Assembly (NCBI GenBank): GCA_020724585.1
Contig: DYGS01000001.1
Location: 559,027 to 623,026 of the forward strand
Direction of reading: 5' to 3'
Length of the DNA: 64,000 nucleotides
From: Candidatus Microgenomatus sp.
GTDB taxonomy: Bacteria > Patescibacteriota > Microgenomatia > UBA8517
The notes under the pieces are model-generated. The model made no database searches, was not told the origin of the DNA, and was given only the letters and a program-made list of their open reading frames with translations. Positions 63,027 through 64,000 of this stretch are shown one piece after another; position 1 is the first letter of the stretch; the number at the start of each line of letters is the position of its first letter. The position numbers and the translations under genes are program-made.

Positions 63027-63842
63027 ATGAGAAATTTCGAGTATATAATCAAAAAAATTATGCTCTCGGCAATTATTCCTGCGTACAAAGACCCTTTTGT
63101 TGTACCAACGATCAAATCGCTTTTAGAAAACGCCTTGGGCGAGATTGAAGTAGTTGTAGTTTTAGACGGTTTTGAGCCAGATTTTGAGATACCAAATGAT
63201 GAAAGAGTAAAAATTGTAAAACTGGGCACAAATCGTGGCATGAGAGGAGCTATAAACGCTGGTGTAAGTGTAGCTAAGGGTGAATTTTTGCTTCGATCTG
63301 ATCAACACTGCATGTTTGCCAAAGGTTATGACAAAGTATTGACTGAAACTTGCGAACCAAACTGGATAGTAACTGCAACAAGATATTTTTTGGATCCTAT
63401 TAAATGGAAAGTTATGAATATTCCCCCAGTTAATTATGAGAAATTAGTGATTCAAGGTGGGGTTAAATTTTCAGGCAAACCATGGAGGGAAAGAGATGAA
63501 CAAAGGAAAGATATAGCAATTGATGAAACCATGGCAATGCAAGGATCAATGTGGATGATGCCAAAATCTTGGTGGGAAAAGACGATTGGGCAACTTCAAA
63601 CTGAAGGTTACGGCCAAATGTATCAAGACTCACATGAGATGATCTTTAAAACTTGGAAAAATGGTGGCAAAATGATGCTTAACAAAAAAACTTGGTTTGC
63701 ACATAAACACAGAAGCTTTACAAAGGGTCGGCATGAAGGAACAAAGGAAAACTCTTCCCTCAGGGGTGAATCAGGCCTCTACGCCCTAAAAGTCTGGGGT
63801 GAATATTATGAAAAAGAAATCAGGCCTAAATGGGGAATTTAA
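63027..63842 (+). CDS. family 2 glycosyltransferase
   Basis: LSAIIPAYKD...VVVVLDG...DQHCMF (DxD-like/GT-A signatures); likely start at Met 63060. Confidence 0.7.
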   Translation: MRNFEYIIKKIMLSAIIPAYKDPFVVPTIKSLLENALGEIEVVVVLDGFEPDFEIPNDERVKIVKLGTNRGMRGAINAGVSVAKGEFLLRSDQHCMFAKGYDKVLTETCEPNWIVTATRYFLDPIKWKVMNIPPVNYEKLVIQGGVKFSGKPWRERDEQRKDIAIDETMAMQGSMWMMPKSWWEKTIGQLQTEGYGQMYQDSHEMIFKTWKNGGKMMLNKKTWFAHKHRSFTKGRHEGTKENSSLRGESGLYALKVWGEYYEKEIRPKWGI

Positions 63843-63846
63843 TAAA

Positions 63847-64000
63847 TGTGCGGATTTTTAGTTTACAAAAAAAACAATCAGGGAAATAATTTTTATATTC
63901 AAAAAAGAGGTCAGGATTTGACGACTGAAACAAAAATCTATGGTTTTACTTTTGTTCACAACCTACTTTCAATTACTGGCAAATTCTCCCCCCAACCCTA
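63847..64000 (+). CDS. class II glutamine amidotransferase / asparagine synthase-like protein, N-terminal fragment (continues beyond window)
   Basis: Starts MCGFLVYKK (Met-Cys2 nucleophile of Ntn amidotransferases), KRGQD; open to the end of the window. Confidence 0.45.

Noticed and set aside
1-64000. Alternative genetic code (UGA recoded, as in some CPR lineages)
   Set aside because: Conserved genes (cysS, proS, topA, rpsB, rplK/A/J/L, gmd etc.) give full-length products in the standard code with TGA as stop.

Overview
AT-rich bacterial window (roughly one-third GC by eye, not computed) read in the standard genetic code. Compact genes, short versions of conserved proteins (ProS without editing domain, ~150-aa EF-Ts, ~100-aa YbeY-like), ThyX and patchy Shine-Dalgarno use resemble a reduced-genome, CPR/Patescibacteria-like organism, but this is inference only. 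1-29 kb is mostly housekeeping genes on the minus strand (cysS, dnaX-ybaB-recR, proS, rseP, frr-tsf-rpsB, folD, topA, dprA, mreB-PBP2, def-fmt, rpmB). It is interrupted by a nucleotide-salvage/thymidylate cluster at 13-17.5 kb: TMK-like kinase, thyX, MazG-like, DNPH1/Rcl-like, kinase-dCMP-deaminase fusion. 29-49 kb is an accessory zone built on an ancestral tRNA/ribosomal backbone that still holds rpmG and tRNA-Trp but is separated from secE-nusG-rplKAJL by about 9 kb (9.1 kb between tRNA-Trp and secE; ~8.9 kb to rpsU). It holds tRNA-Thr(UGU)-tRNA-Tyr, a 2.9-kb cassette flanked by ~150-nt GC-rich inverted repeats, an Erm-like rRNA methyltransferase, a CopC-cupredoxin fusion, CapA, tRNA-Thr(GGU), a type II R-M pair, rpmG and tRNA-Trp. 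After tRNA-Trp comes a ~9-kb inserted island (large serine recombinase, GIY-YIG, XRE/ImmA pair, MFS, methyltransferase, gmd), then secE-nusG-rplK-rplA-rplJ-rplL. 53.6-59.8 kb holds a tightly packed minus-strand operon (GNAT, ATP-grasp/Fem-like fusion, RimK-like ATP-grasp/retropepsin fusion, 7TM protein) next to an AbiEi/AbiEii abortive-infection pair; this predicted peptide-ligase system is the best candidate for an undescribed system. Three further points stand out. (1) A short heptamer-based DNA repeat is inserted in frame in at least seven unrelated genes. (2) A candidate type-I-toxin-like small ORF at 26.2 kb has its own promoter, terminator and RBS-complementary repeats. (3) There are two dispersed repeat families: GC-rich palindromic units, and a MITE-like element with 10-bp terminal inverted repeats. 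No rRNA or CRISPR array was seen.
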